Shown here: in pieces, positions 1 through 14,230 of the stretch
Numbering within the stretch: position 1 is the first letter of the stretch
How the letters are laid out: every line of letters begins with the position of its first letter
From: Tubulanus polymorphus
Lineage: Eukaryota; Animalia; Nemertea
NCBI RefSeq assembly: GCF_964204645.1
Contig: NC_134029.1
Span: 14,286,850 to 14,350,849 of the forward strand
Direction: 5' to 3'
DNA length: 64,000 bases
Translations under genes and position numbers: made by a program
The notes under the pieces: model-generated
Told to the model about the DNA's origin: nothing
Database searches by the model: none
The model's input: only the letters and a program-made list of their open reading frames with translations

Positions 1-826
1 CTCATTGCAATTGCTGATGGGTATTCTTTGGAAAGTGATGATTTATACCTGAGACAGGTATTTTTGATCAGCCAATTATGACGCAATTGGCGGCCATCTT
101 GGTGTCATCAGTACTCATTCATAGGTGGGAAAAAGTTTTTCGACATCATATTGATGCCTAAGCATATTTTGTTACCACAATGAATTACAAAGTTGTAGCT
201 TATAACGTGTTTTATGATTGTGGTGAGTTTCAAGGTCATTGGTTTTTGTATATGGCCACCAGGGGGCGTTGAATAATACAATATCTTAGTATTTCTATAT
301 TATATTCGTACCAATACATATTTTGTTACCACGATCAATTGCAAAGTTGGAGCCATGACATTGTCTATGATTGTTGTGAGTTTTAAGGAAATTAGTTCCA
401 TATGGTCACCAGGGGGCTTTGAATAGTGGATCAACCTAGAATTTCCTTATTATATTGGTATACCTAGGCATATTTTGTTACCAAGATCAATTGCAAAGTT
501 GTAGTTCATGACATGTTCTATGATTGTGGTGAGTTTCAAGGTCATTGGATTTTGAATATGGTCACCAGGGGGCATTGAATAGTAGAATAATAGTATTTCC
601 ATATTAAATTGGTAACGAGGCATCTTTTGTTATCACAATCAATTACAAAATCGTAGCTGCTGACATGTTCTATGATTGTGGTGAGTTTCAAGGTCATTGG
701 TTTTTGTACGAATTATCCTATGAAAATTAAAGGGAATAATGAAGGAAAAAATCGAGGTAGACTATGTTTTCATTAATATCATAGAAAACTGGACCTCGAG
801 AGCACAGGACCTTTGGTCCTTTAGTT
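1..826 (+). mobile_element. Non-autonomous Helentron/HINE (DINE-1-like) repeat, 3' part
   Basis: 1-330 aligns by eye with 30550-30870; internal ~153-bp tandem array; ends in a short stem-loop AGGACC-TTT-GGTCCT followed by TTAGTT, as at HINE 3' ends. Confidence 0.55.
150..710. repeat. ~153-bp tandem repeat (4 units) with CTCF-like GG(C/T)CACCAGGGGGC motif
   Basis: TTGTTA(C/T)CA anchors at ~169, 323, 475, 627; motif copies at ~254, ~403, ~559; partly duplicated at 2800-3125 and related units at 30700-31005. Confidence 0.8.
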
Positions 827-1478
827 CAGAAAATATAAGAGAAGTGTATTCTGTATTGAGGGAAATATTGCGTGGTTTTTCCTTACCTTTGTAATATTTT
901 GTAACATTTTGCCTCTCTTCCTTCCCTTGGGCTCTCTGATTACCAAGAATAGGCTTCTACCATCAAGAATTGAATTGTTTTAGCAAAATCCTCCATATTC
1001 TTATCATCACTCGGTGACATCTTTGTTTACTTCACACTCTGTTTCTCTCTGATAACTGACACTCTGATAACTGTGTCAAGAAATTTCTAGAATCTAAATT
1101 CAATAAAACACAACCTAAGACTTAAGAGGATGAAGTCAATTTGTTTATCCTCTATACCATACGTTGGTAAACCATCAGTAATTTTTGCACATCTATTAAA
1201 ACTCATTTTACTGTAACTCTGAAATGCTGTCTTATCACACCAAGGTTAAAAGCTTTTCCCTGAAATGTGCTGAAATGAAAACCTGTTATTTTAAGTATTA
1301 TTATTATTATTATTTATCAGTAGATGAATTCCTGTTATAATGCCACTCATGGCTGTCTGGCAGCCATCTTTTCGATTCTAGAAATGTAGATTTTTGCCTA
1401 TAAGCGCGCGTGTATTTTGTTTAGAGCATTGAATCTGGGTTGTAATGCCATTCAAGATGGCTCTTTTTTGCCCACCTG

Positions 1479-1610
1479 GGGCCAGTTCCATAGTCAAGTC
1501 CAAAAGTCGTCTTTAAATCTGAAGACTGGTCTTAAGCTGTTAGATTAGCTATAGAACTAAGATAGTCTTAGACTGGTATTAAGTCTAAGCCCTGACTATG
1601 GAACCGGCCC
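1479..1610. mobile_element. PIF/Harbinger-type MITE, 132 bp
   Basis: TIR GGGCCAGTTCCATAGTC...GACTATGGAACCGGCCC; 3-bp TSD CTG at 1476-1478 and 1611-1613 (CWG target); palindromic interior. Confidence 0.8.
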
Positions 1611-1619
1611 CTGGAACAA

Positions 1620-2798
1620 GTCACGAGAGGGCTATTGCGTTCACTTTTTGTAAGTCATCTGTCCGTTCTTTCGTCCGTCCGTAGACGGAATCGATTCATT
1701 TTGGGAAGTTTTAAGGACATTTCATTTTAATGTCTTGATATTTGGTTTATACATGAATCTACCCTTGACACATCTTCAGCCCAAAAACTGGACCTGTCGG
1801 ATCAAGTACAGATCCAGGGCCATTCAATGACTACATCACAGTGAAAAAAGGGTGACCAACTTTGAAAAGGGCCAATATCCATATGCCTAGTGAGCGACTT
1901 GGTCTCAAAGGAGATAAAGGAAGTCTGATGGAGGTCTTCGAATTCTATGTTTATTTTAATGCATTGACCAGGCACTTGGTCAAGATAGAAGAGGCATGTC
2001 AACAGGGCAGATTCTAAGTAAAAATCTTAGCCTGCCTTTTTACGAGATTTGCTCAAAATTTGTGTGCTATCTATTGGCAGGCATAATGCTACTAAATTTG
2101 CCTTCACATTCAATTTGCTTGTGCCTTTCTTTTTTTGAGATTTGAAGATTTTTTGGCCATATTTTGCCCTTTTTTGATTGAATTTATAAGAGCATCAATA
2201 ATATCTAAATTAGAAAAGTGCTTTATGAGTCAAGGAGAGTGCCTTGTTTGATTTTGGGTAATTTATTTTCATTCACATTTTTTGCTTAAGGCCTAAGTAA
2301 AGGAGGCAATTATTCTTATGGCTAACAAATTCTGTGCCCTTTTGTTTACTTTTTTCCAGAATTTCAAGGGCATTTGAAAACTGTGACTACCGCATGTGCT
2401 GCATGCGCGACAGTCTGTATCCGCACTTGCAGATACAAGATGACTGACTGGCAGCCATTGTTGTTCGCAAAAATCAGCACTTATCACAAATTTTTTATGT
2501 TTTCAAAGGATATTTGAAGGCACTTGATCTTGCATATATATCTGTATCCCCCAGGGCTTATCAGCATAAGAAAAATTGGGTGAATTGGACTCCAGATGGC
2601 CGTCCTGTGCACTTTTTTGTGCCCAGAAATGTCAATTTTGGCCTGAATTCTGAGTCCATAACTTCCTAATTGTTGGGCATTTGTCATTGCAATTTGTAGT
2701 GGTTTTTCTATGGAAAGGGATCTTTAATACATGTAACAGATATTTTTAATCAGCCAATCCTCACACAATTGGCTGCCATCTTAGTGTCACCAGTACTC
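1620..2798 (+). mobile_element. HINE/Helentron-like repeat 5' part interrupted by a ~620-bp insertion (~1806-2430)
   Basis: (TCCG)n microsatellite at ~1660-1682; 1730-1805 and 2430-2798 are contiguous in the homologous copy at 30215-30670. Confidence 0.5.
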
Positions 2799-3896
2799 TT
2801 TTAAGGAAATTAGTTCCATATGGTCACCAGGGGGCTTTGAATAGTGGATCAACCTAGAATTTCCTTATTATATTGGTATACCTAGGCATATTTTGTTACC
2901 AAGATCAATTGCAAAGTTGTAGTTCATGACATGTTCTATGATTGTGGTGAGTTTCAAGGTCATTGGATTTTGAATATGGTCACCAGGGGGCATTGAATAG
3001 TAGAATAATAGTATTTCCATATTAAATTGGTAACGAGGCATCTTTTGTTATCACAATCAATTACAAAATCGTAGCTGCTGACATGTTCTATGATTGTGGT
3101 GAGTTTCAAGGTCATTGGTTTTTGTACGAATTATCCTATGAAAATTAAAGGGAATAATGAAGGACAAAATCGAGGTAGACTATGTTTTCATTAATATCAT
3201 AGAAAACTGGACCTCGAGAGCACAGGACCTTTGGTCCTTTAGTTCAGAAAATATAAGAGAAGTGTATTCTGTATTGAGGGAAATATTGCGTGGTTTTTCC
3301 TTACCTTTGTAATATTTTGTAACATTTTGCCTCTCTTCCTTCCCTTGGGCTCTCTGATTACCAAGAATAGGCTTCTACCATCAAGAATTGAATTGTTTTA
3401 GCAAAATCCTCCATATTCTTATCATCACTCGGTGACATCTTTGTTTACTTCACACTCTGTTTCTCTCTGATAACTGACACTCTGATAACTGTGTCAAGAA
3501 ATTTCTAGAATCTAAATTCAATAAAACACAACCTAAGACTTAAGAGGATGAAGTCAATTTGTTTATCCTCTATACCATACGTTGGTAAACCATCAGTAAT
3601 TTTTGCACATCTATTAAAACTCATTTTACTGTAACTCTGAAATGCTGTCTTATCACACCAAGGTTAAAAGCTTTTCCCTGAAATGTGCTGAAATGAAAAC
3701 CTGTTATTTTAAGTATTATTATTATTATTATTTATCAGTAGATGAATTCCTGTTATAATGCCACTCATGGCTGTCTGGCAGCCATCTTTTCGATTCTAGA
3801 AATGTAGATTTTTGCCTATAAGCGCGCGTGTATTTTGTTTAGAGCATTGAATCTGGGTTGTAATGCCATTCAAGTTGGCTCTTTTTTGCCCACCTG

Positions 3897-4028
3897 GGGC
3901 CAGTTCCATAGTCAAGTCCAAAAGTCGTCTTTAAATCTGAAGACTGGTCTTAAGCTGTTAGATTAGCTATAGAACTAAGATAGTCTTAGACTGGTATTAA
4001 GTCTAAGCCCTGACTATGGAACCGGCCC
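3897..4028. mobile_element. Second copy of the Harbinger MITE (within the tandem duplication)
   Basis: Same TIRs and CTG TSD, offset 2418. Confidence 0.8.
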
Positions 4029-5834
4029 CTGGAACAAGTCACGAGAGGGCTATTGCGTTCACTTTTTGTAAGTCATCTGTCCGTTCTTTCGTCCGTCCGT
4101 AGACGGAATCGATTCATTTTGGGAAGTTTTAAGGACATTTCATTTTAATGTCTTGATATTTGGTTTATACATGAATCTACCCTTGACACATCTTCAGCCC
4201 AAAAACTGGACCTGTCGGATCAAGTACAGATCCAGGGCCATTCAATGACTACAGCACAGTGAAAAAAGGGTGACCAACTTTGAAAAGGGCCAATATCCAT
4301 ATGCCTAGTGAGCGACTTGGTCGCAAAGGAGATAAAGGAAGTCTGATGGAGGTCTTCGAATTCTATGTTTATTTTAATGCATTGACCAGGCACTTGGTCA
4401 AGATAGAAGAGGCATGTCAACAGGGCAGATTCTAAGTAAAAATCTTAGCCTGCCTTTTTACGAGATTTGCTCAAAATTTGTGTGCTATCTATTGGCAGGC
4501 ATAATGCTACTAAATTTGCCTTCACATTCAATTTGCTTGTGCCTTTCTTTTTTTGAGATTTGAAGATTTTTTGGCCATATTTTGCCCTTTTTTGATTGAA
4601 TTTATAAGAGCATCAATAATATCTAAATTAGAAAAGTGCTTTATGAGTCAAGGAGAGTGCCTTGTTTGATTTTGGGTAATTTATTTTCATTCACATTTTT
4701 TGCTTAAGGCCTAAGTAAAGGAGGCAATTATTCTTATGGCTAACAAATTCTGTGCCCTTTTGTTAACTTTTTTCCAGAATTTCAAGGGCATTTGAAAACT
4801 GTGACTACCGCATGTGCTGCAAGCGCGACAGTCTGTATCCGCACTTGCAGATACAAGATGACTGACTGGCAGCCATTGTTGTTCGCAAAAATCAGCACTT
4901 ATCACAAATTTTTCATGTTTTCAAAGGATATTTGAAGGCACTTGATCTTGCAGATATATCTGTATCCCCCAGGGCTTATCAGCATAAGAAAAATTGGGTG
5001 AATTGGACTCCAGATGGCCGTCCTGTGCACTTTTTTGTGCCCAGAAATGTCAATTTTGGCCTGAATTCTGAGTCCATAACTTCCTAATTGTTGGGCATTT
5101 GTCATTGCAATTTGTAGTGGTTTTTCTATGGAAAGGGATCTTTAATACATGTAACAGATATTTTTAATCAGCCAATCCTCACACAATTGGCTGCCATCTT
5201 AGTGTCACCAGTACTCTTTCGTAGATGGAAAAAGGAGGAATTTTTTAGGAAAAAAGGTTTGAACTTATATCCTTTATTTATATTTGAGTATTGTAAGCAC
5301 AGTCATAGGATAAATCTCCTCACGTTGGATCACCCAATTCTTTGTTCTTGCCCCCAGCAGAGTTAAATATTAAATGATATACAATTTGTCTTCTTTCATT
5401 GGTACCTATGCATTTTGTGACTACAATCAATTGCAAACTTGTAGCTCATGTCATGTTCTATGATTGTGGTGAGTTTCAAGGTTATTTATCTTTTGACTTC
5501 GTCGACTGTAGTCAACGGAGTCTTCATAATGGTCTGGAGACCTCTCCAGAAATAACTTGCTCACAAAATGCCGTGCAGATAAACTCGTGTTTTGTACTGT
5601 ACACTTTAGTCACGCGATTAGTGCCATTTAAAACGTTACCAAATAAAGATAAAACAGTGAGAAGATGAAACTGTGAAACGTTCCAGTTACGCAGTTATTA
5701 ACAGTCAAAGTTCGGTATTTTTTCACAAATATATGTTCCATCCGGAAAATGAATACCTCATTCTGCGGAGATCATGTGGGCTCTTTCAGCTAATCACTGC
5801 TCTTCAACGGGTAGGCCGCGGCCAGCGTGATCGC

Positions 5835-5978
5835 ACTTGTGACGTCATTGCGAGAAAGCTGCGCTCTGATTGGTTGTTGGGGGAATACCCTTAGCAGCTA
5901 GAGTATTCCCCAAACAACCAGTTTAGCTGAACACGAAATGCACGAGGGATACACGCCATTTTGACGTCTTGGGTAAGT
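5835..5978 (+). promoter_or_regulatory. Putative host promoter / first exon
   Basis: CpG-richer patch with TGACGTCA (5840), ATTGG/CCAAT (5869), YY1-like CGCCATTTT (~5954) and splice donor GTAAGT at 5973; candidate downstream exons 6421-6460 and 6769-6899. Confidence 0.4.
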
Positions 5979-8900
5979 GAAGTTCATGTTTTTTGCTGAT
6001 TGTGGTAGAATTGTCTAATGTGGTGTAAGAATCCAGTTGGCAATGCTGGGTCCAATGTTGATGGATTCTGACTTTCATTCCGTCAATGTCTAAAGCACGC
6101 ATAATTCTTACGAAAAAATAGATTAAACAACCTAAAAACTGTGGACGTGGTGTTAGCTGGTGTTTTCTGTCGATTTCTAGCGACAAACCGTCATTCACCT
6201 AGGCTAATGATTAACGGGGCTACATTGCATCAATATCAAAGTATGCAGCGTAATTTTTAGTTGCATGTGTTTTATTTTCAACCGCATTTGTGTGCCCTTC
6301 GAATAATTATTAATTATCAAATTTCAGCTTAATTCGATTCGCCTGGGTGACGATCTGCTCTCAGCCGCGTATGGGCCTTTGTATAACCATAAAATCAGTA
6401 AAATATTTCCATTTTTTCAGATTCATTGTTCTCAATCTCTGCTTCAGGATTCCTGCTTAGGTGAATTTTTTTCAGTATTTCTGTCATATCAATATGGGAC
6501 GGGGGCAAGTTATTGTGACAGTTGTCGTAGACTTTCATGGGGTTGGGGGGTGAATGAAAATGGCTTGGCCGGGCGGGAGCGCCTGCCCAAATATTAGGTC
6601 TTGACTTTAGATTTTTTTCGCAACCACGCCAACAGAAACTAGAACATGGGGTTTTCCATGGCCGGCCTAAGATATCCTAACTTGACAAGCCCTGACAGTG
6701 TATTGAATACTTCTTATTTGTGTTTTGATTAGGCAGAAACTAAATTAGTACATTTCTATTGTTTCAGATTTGTAAAATGGATGTTGAATGATACGTACAA
6801 TCCCTATCTACACTAGACAGTGGTTTTTATTTCTCTATACTACAGCAATCACCGCTTTCCTCGGAATGGCTTCAAAATCGATACTCTACCAGAGTAAAGG
6901 TATTTCCTATCTGAAACAACCTAGTGGTACCAGCATGTGCAGTAGTGATAGATCGTAGTGAATTTCTCTCAGACTGCACATTATAAAAAAGTTGAAGTTA
7001 ATACAATTCAAGTCTCTCTGTCAATGGACTCACTGTTCATCAACAGCTTGTTGGCAATCTAACTGTTGTGCATTTTCAAAAATTTCGAGAAGCAGGTCGA
7101 TTTTGATCTAATCACATATGTTTCATTTAGCCACCTATCTTCACTTCAAATCCAGAAAATAAAGAGCATGGTTCAATGTTTATTTTCGTGTGACCATAGA
7201 ATTTGTTGTACAAGTTAGTTAAAATGTCCAAGCTTATTCCTACTTTGCTAAGTGATAATGACTAACGTTTTAGTCCCAATAGCAAAGACAGTCTTGTTGA
7301 TTTCTTTTTCTTTTAAACAGGTATGTGACGGTTTCAGTGTTTTCTTTATTGATTTATGTATTTATTATTGACTTATTCATGTGTGAGCGGTAATGCTTTT
7401 AGGCTTGGGTGGGTTTGGTTATATAAGTACTGGGGAGGATTTGATATGAGGAGAACTTTTGGGAGGATCTCTGTGTAAAGCAGTAGGCTGTGGGTAGATA
7501 TTGTGTGGGAGCCGTAAGTGTATATATAATTAATTTATTATAGAGTTATTTATTTCATTCATTATATTCATGTCGTGTTATTTATTTTAGTTCTAGTGTT
7601 TGATGTGGAAAATAAACGTGTCTTATATAAAAGGAAGCTTTGTAATTCGTCATCATCGATATCATTTAAGTGCCCTGCCCTGGCATCGAAATTATCACAA
7701 GGTCCTTAAGTAAAATTGCTGAAATATTTTATATTGTTACATTATTAACAGTGTTTGTAATGACAAATAATGTGCTATAATCATGACTTTATGTAATGTT
7801 TATTTTTCATTGAGAGATTTTATATTGCAATATTTTTGAAAATGTTTTCAATAAAGTTTGAATAAGTTGGACAACCATTTTTCGTCTTCTCCGTGAAGTT
7901 TTTGCTGTGGCTGTTATTCATCTGCTTTTAAGAGGTATTGACTGATGCAGTTTGAAACAGGAGTGGTTGGATAGAGCCTCATACATAAACCTCAAAAGGA
8001 ATTACCAGTGAAAAGTTTTAGCTCATGTGGATCTTTGAGAAAATAAGCATATTTTAAAATTAAGACAGTATTGAATTCTAAATTACATTTCAGCACAAGT
8101 GGTGACATATTTGCTATACATGTAAATGTAATTTTTACGTTTAAAAACATTGATCCAGCCTGCCCGGAAAGGCGGGACCTGTTCCTTTTCCCAAACTGAA
8201 ACTTCTGATTATCTCAATGAAGTCTCAAGGTCCATGGACCTCTTGTTATATACTGTCTTGTTTACAAAATTCATCTATTTTCTAGAAATCAAGAATTAGA
8301 GAAAGATATTGTGTCTCTAAGATCTAATAAAGGTGACATGGTAGATGGGAGCAGCATTGATTCTAAGTGAGTACAATTTGCTGTAACATTCTAAGAATTT
8401 CTTCAAATGCACTTCTTGTTTTCTATATCAATTTAGGCATTCTATATCGATTTACGCATCAATTTTCAAAACTGCCCACAACCAAATCTACAGTATTGAT
8501 CTTATGATAGAAGAGGTCAAGTTCTAAATGACCAGAGTATCAAAACGGATACCGGTACTGATAGTAGTATATTCACACCGGTCAGTGGTCTCATCTCTGC
8601 GGTGAGGATGGATGGGGAGTACTTAAACAAGCGGGGATTAGAGACCACCAGGCCAATATCAGGATTTTTTATCTGACTGCATGCATAGGCCACACAAACA
8701 ACTGCAACCGCCCAGCGTGAGATACAAACGATTACTGATCGCTACGCAGATCACACGTGATCAGTGTTAATAGTATTATATTCACATTGGTCAGTGGTCT
8801 TAGTTCCACGGTGAGTGATGGATGGGGAGAACATAAACAAACGTGTTATCGGCCACAGTGGCTGAGTCACTGCTATCACCACCTATCCAAACAATAATAA

Positions 8901-8999
8901 CGCCGGAAGTCACATAAAACCCCAACCCCACACCCAAAAACTCAAAGGCCAACTGAAAGGATGCCTTGAAAATCAGCAAGCTATCATCTAGCTAGCAGC

Positions 9000-10460
9000 T
9001 AGACTTTTATTTATTTTGCCATAGGCCATTAACGATCGCATTTCATTGTTATCTTTGTAAGGTCCCTTGTAGCATTCCTGGGTGTTCTCCAAGATGCCGT
9101 TCATTGCACCAGAAATGCTGCTGGACATGATGCTGTCAACTCATGTGAAATGTTTTGCCATCTTCTCAGATCACCCCCAAATGTAATTCGAGACATCATT
9201 AGGGGAATGCATCATTATGGAACAGCCCACCCAAAAACTGTGTGGAGTTTCTCTTTCGTCAATTCCACAAGAACCCAAATAAAACCTCAGTTGATGGGCT
9301 TCTTCAAGATGTGGCTGTTTCTATCCAGTACCCTGGATAGGTACCCATTCCAAAGGTTTACTTGCAAATCATTGGCAACTGTAAAATAATATTCTAGTCC
9401 AGCAACATTGTATCCAGTTGCCACTAAACCTGTGTTTTGGTTAACAGAATTCGTGACTGAGCATCTGCCAGGTTGTCGTCCGACCGTTCGTAAAACAATT
9501 TTAGGCAGATATTTAGTCTGCAAGTAGTTCCACAACAGTTCCGTACATCAATTTTCCACCCCACATAAAGCCTGACACATCCGAGAATATGGACACCTGG
9601 GAGTACCACTGATGGAACCAATGAATAGACCTTGGGGCACTTTCTAACATACGCCAGTACTCATCTCGAAGGCTTTCCTTCTACAAGAATGTCCTTTGAA
9701 TTTCTAACAGCTCTCGAGAGCGCCAAATTGCATCCCCTCATGTAAAATTTTCCCCCTAGAATCACTAAGCCAAATGATACTACCTTCCCCAGAAATCTTT
9801 GCATCGTTTTTATATTGACCTTCCGTTTTGATAAAATCCTTTCCCTCAATGACGAAAATCCTTTCATTCAATGGCGAAAATCCTTTCCCTCAATGACAAA
9901 AAACAAGATCTGTTGTTCGAGGGTAAGGAAAAACTCGAAGTCAACAATGACACCCAGGTGTCTCAGAATCTGAGAAAGAGATGTACTGCACTGCGGGAGG
10001 TGAAATAGTATCCCAGGCGTGACAGAACCTCAGTAGTCATAAACAACGCTAATTTCGCCCTGGCGTCAGGACTAAGGCTGGCGGCCGACATAACTTTTAA
10101 TTTACCGCACAAACGGTCGTCTGTGTCACGTGTGTACTGTGTCACTGGAACTCCCAAACCTCGTAAGTATGCTGTTGCCACTAAACCTGTCTTTTGGTAA
10201 ACATAAGCCGAAGCTTTGAACCCGAATGAAATGGTGGTAAAAACGTAGTATGATTCCTTCCACAATAAACCCAAATATTTTTGACCATCGGGTGATACCA
10301 AAATATGATTTTAACCACTCTTGTCATCAAGAAAAGTCATAAAAGATCCTCTACTCAACATACGGGGTACCAGTGGGAGAGTCTCCAGACGAAACGGGCA
10401 ATCTTTTATTCATAAGTTGCAATACCGCTCATCATGGCTCATACGTGGCATAGATATGAA
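9000..10460 (-). pseudogene. DIRS/Ngaro RT and tyrosine recombinase remnants
   Basis: YLGLLWKESYYVFTTISFGFKASAYVYQ...DDRL and MQRFLGKVVSF (RT); LHSFWVGCS...WG*SEKMAKHFT-like YR C-terminus at ~9150-9250; multiple frameshifts. Confidence 0.75.
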
Positions 10461-11859
10461 ACGCCATTGATCAAGATGCCTGCCAAGTACACCTGCCTTA
10501 AATTCATTTCGATTTTTCATTCATGCCTCATTAAGCTGGATTGCCCGGAAAGTCGAGGGTGTTGCGAAAACCTGCTCCGCAGGCGTACTTCCTTGCACAG
10601 CGATTTCCTAATGTTGTGTGGATCCTTAAAAAAAAACCAAAATAAGTAGTTGAAAGATTCTCTTAAACGAAACCAATCATAATCTTTATTCAAAACTATA
10701 ACATATACAACATTTTTCCGTAACATTTAACCAGTTATAAAAGCATCCAGCCAAATGTCTCCGTTCAGTCCATGAAATATCTAGGTTCCTAGAATTACAA
10801 ACGACAATTGAGTGCAAAATCTCACACTATTTTAACTGAGGGCGGGGCAAACGCGCATGAAAGGCCTCTCTTTATATTACCAAGACAGTCTAGCTCCTCC
10901 CCCTCCATGGCAGCGCAGCGAGAGCCAGGACAACAGATAGTGGTGGATCTGTTGCAAGGGACTAAGAAATCTAAAAAGAAAACCAGAAATAATGTGTATC
11001 AAGATGGCGGTCTGGAGTAATCATGTGTGAGTGGTACTCTTCAAAATATGCTATTTTATGAAGTACTAATGCTAATACAGGATCAGAAAATCATCCATAA
11101 TATGTTTACGTAACAAAGATCGGTGATAAAGGTATTGAAATTGCTCATCCCGTTCTGTTGCGAAAAGCTAAACCTGATGGGGCTGAGAAAAAAGCGATCC
11201 CATTATTCTTTGTTTTAAAGATTGTAAAAAATGTTTCGAAATACTGTGTAATAGGCGAAAACTGAAATCCAGTGGAGTTGTGATTTTTGAAGATTTGGCA
11301 ATTGGAATAATCAAGCTGTTCAATCGCGCTAAACCTCAGGCAGATATGAAAATGAACATGGAATGGCAAAGTTTATGCTTCAAACAAAGATGGTGGTATC
11401 AGACGTATCGAACTATTCGAGCCGCTACCGAACTTTTGAACTGTTAGGGAATATTCATTATGTATACAGTCACTTATATAAGGTTCAATGAAAATATATT
11501 TTTATTACTGTTATTATAACATATTCTGGTGCATGGATTCAAATTCCACTACGATGTAAACGCAATCTTGCTACTAGTTACTTTCTGTGAGTTTAATTTT
11601 CCTTATTTTCATTTCATTTTTTTCTTGTTTTTAGTGTTTAAATTTATTTTTAATTTTTTTTCTGATTGTATATGTACACTTACACTTATTTAAGAATTGT
11701 GCCTTCTACTTTAATCTGCAACAATTTGTCTAATCTGTTATGCGTAATCGATTTATTTAATCAAATAGCACCTTCAATGTCCACCATAGCTGTACAACAT
11801 GTGTCTATTTATAAACTTATAGCCTATATCTTCTTATAATGACAAACGTATATAACAAA

Positions 11860-14230
11860 ACTAGTTGTGAATGTTATGATAATATTTCTCTTTCACAATT
11901 ATCAAATACAAAAGATTTTAGTCGGTCACTTACACATTAGGAGTATGAACACAAATTTTGATCGTTTCTTGACCTCTTTACAAGCGTTAAATGGGATTTT
12001 GATGTTATTGGCTTTTACAGAAACGAGAACTTCAGAATACCATGACAATAGTACAATGTATTCAATACCCGGTTATAAATCAATTTTTTCATGAAGAAAA
12101 GGTAGATTTGGAGGTTGTCTAGGGGTTTTGTGAAAAACGATTTTAATTTTAAAGTCTGTGATGACCTAAATATAGTATTCAAAACAAGTGATTGTTTGGT
12201 TATTGAAGTAACTCTTCATTCAAATATATAAGTGAATATCTGTATGCTATACATGCCAAATGGCTCAAAAATCAAACAGTTTAATCCGGAGTTTGATAAA
12301 CTTCTCTCCTACATCAGTAAGTTCCCAAGATGTTTTATAATTGGAGACTTTAACATTGATATTCGTTATCATCAAACTAATTACCAAATTGGGAAATTTT
12401 TGGACTGCATCATCTAGTTCTTTTGTCCCTCAAATTAATATATGCACTCATGTGACAGAGACTTCATCATCATTGATCAACAATATTTTTGTTAACTGCC
12501 ACACCAAGTACAAGTGTGAATCAGGTGTTTTAGTTGTGTGAGTTCACTTCTTTCTTTTTTCAGCATACAACAAAAACTCCTAAAAAGGAGGCAATAAACT
12601 ATCGACTTATAAATGATAGAATCTTACAGATTTCTTAGGAGAAAATTGATGGTAACCAATTGGGACTCTGTGTTGTATATAAAAGATGCAGAAATTGCAT
12701 CCAGTAGATTCTATGATATTTTAAAAGTCTGATGATTCTTTTCCAAATAGGACTGCTAAGAATTCCCAGTATTCTAGCCGTCAACAACCCTGGATGTCTA
12801 ATGGGTTACTTATTTCTCTAAAGCATACAAACATGTTGTATAAACGATTCAAATCACCTAAAAACGCAGCAATGAAAAAATAGATATTGTAAATTTAGAA
12901 ATTTATTGCCAAGAAAAATTAAGTAAGTGGTGATAATGAAACAAACCTGGCAAAAAATGTATAATATTCTAGGCAAATGCAAAGTTAAAAATTACCCTTA
13001 CTTTTTCAAAAATGGCGTTACAGTCATACAGGACGATCGGAATGTTGCAAATGCTTTTAATGGATTTTTGTGTCGAATGAATGAAGTGTCGATTGGACCC
13101 CAATTGGCCGAAAAGAATCCTAATTCACCCAAACATTTTACTGAGTATTTGAGTAACGTGAACGATCAGAGTTTATTTATGTATCCAACCTCTAGGAAAC
13201 GAAACAAAGAATCTAGCCAAAGCTATGAAATGCAAAAGCACATGTGGTTCTGATGGAATTAGTCAAAAAAGGTTCTGCAATAATTTATTTGATTTCAGCT
13301 TCTCTGAGTCATATTATTAATTGTAGCTTGTCAACTGGCATAGTACCAACTCCTTTTAAATCTGCTCTAGTTACTCCTTTATTCAAAAGGGGTGATCAAC
13401 ATGTATTCAGTAATTATAGACTCCATCAATATCTAAATTACTGTTTATACAAGAATCGTGGTATTTATGGAGAAATATAATTTGTTAACGAATTTCCAAT
13501 TTGAATAGAAAGGGATATTCTACTGAAATGGCTTTAACACTTATAACCAACCATATTTTTCAAAATTTTGAAACTGGAAATACCACTATTGGAGTTTATC
13601 TCGAGGTAAGGACTTTGATACGTTAAAGCATCAATTTTTTTACGTAAATTGAATACATACGGAATAAGAGCTATTCTCCATAAATAGTTAGAAGATTATT
13701 TGAGTGATCGTGTACAAATTGTTAAATACAAATCGTATTATTCTAGTGCTAATAAATTGCAATGTGGTGTCCCCCAAGGCTCAATACTGGGCCTCTTGCT
13801 GTTTTTGATTTACATTAATGACTGTGTTAATGTTACTCACTTAATCAAATTAATTATGTTTGCGGATGACACTAACGTTTTTATCCATGGAAAAAACCAA
13901 AGAATATTAGAAAATATGGTCAACCTTGAATTGAATAAATAACCCACTTGCTTTAAAGCAAATAGGCTATCCTTTAATCTGAATGAAACACATTTTATGG
14001 ATTTTAGTGGAGTCAGAAATAAATTTACATTTGATATGTTTATCGATGGAAAAAGTAACTTAAGTTGGAAGGAACGCATCCACCTTATCTGCTCCAAAAT
14101 TTCAATGAGTATTGGGCTACTTTCTAGATTCTCAAAATTTTTTCCTTCAAAAGTCTTTTACCAATTATATAACAGTATCATTCACCCACATTTAACATAC
14201 TGTGGATATTTCAAACATACTTCCCCATTA
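11860..14230 (+). mobile_element. CR1/L2-type non-LTR retrotransposon ORF2 (APE + RT), heavily degraded
   Basis: HLHIRS, IIGDFNID, LINNIF (APE); PWMSNG; CGVPQGSILG.LLFLIYIND and MFADDT (RT). Confidence 0.85.

Larger units (their letters stand above)
381..5219. repeat. Near-perfect 2,418-bp tandem duplication (381-2798 / 2799-~5219)
   Basis: ORF track repeats with offset 2418 (1802/4220, 2293/4711, 2484/4902); only scattered substitutions; junction has TTT microhomology. Confidence 0.95.

Noticed and set aside
1802-5105. Duplicated short minus-strand ORFs
   Set aside because: Inside non-coding repeats; their identity reflects the tandem duplication only
9416-9445. 30-bp repeat of 10174-10203 within the DIRS RT region
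   Set aside because: Most simply a local rearrangement scar in a degraded element; no further structure seen
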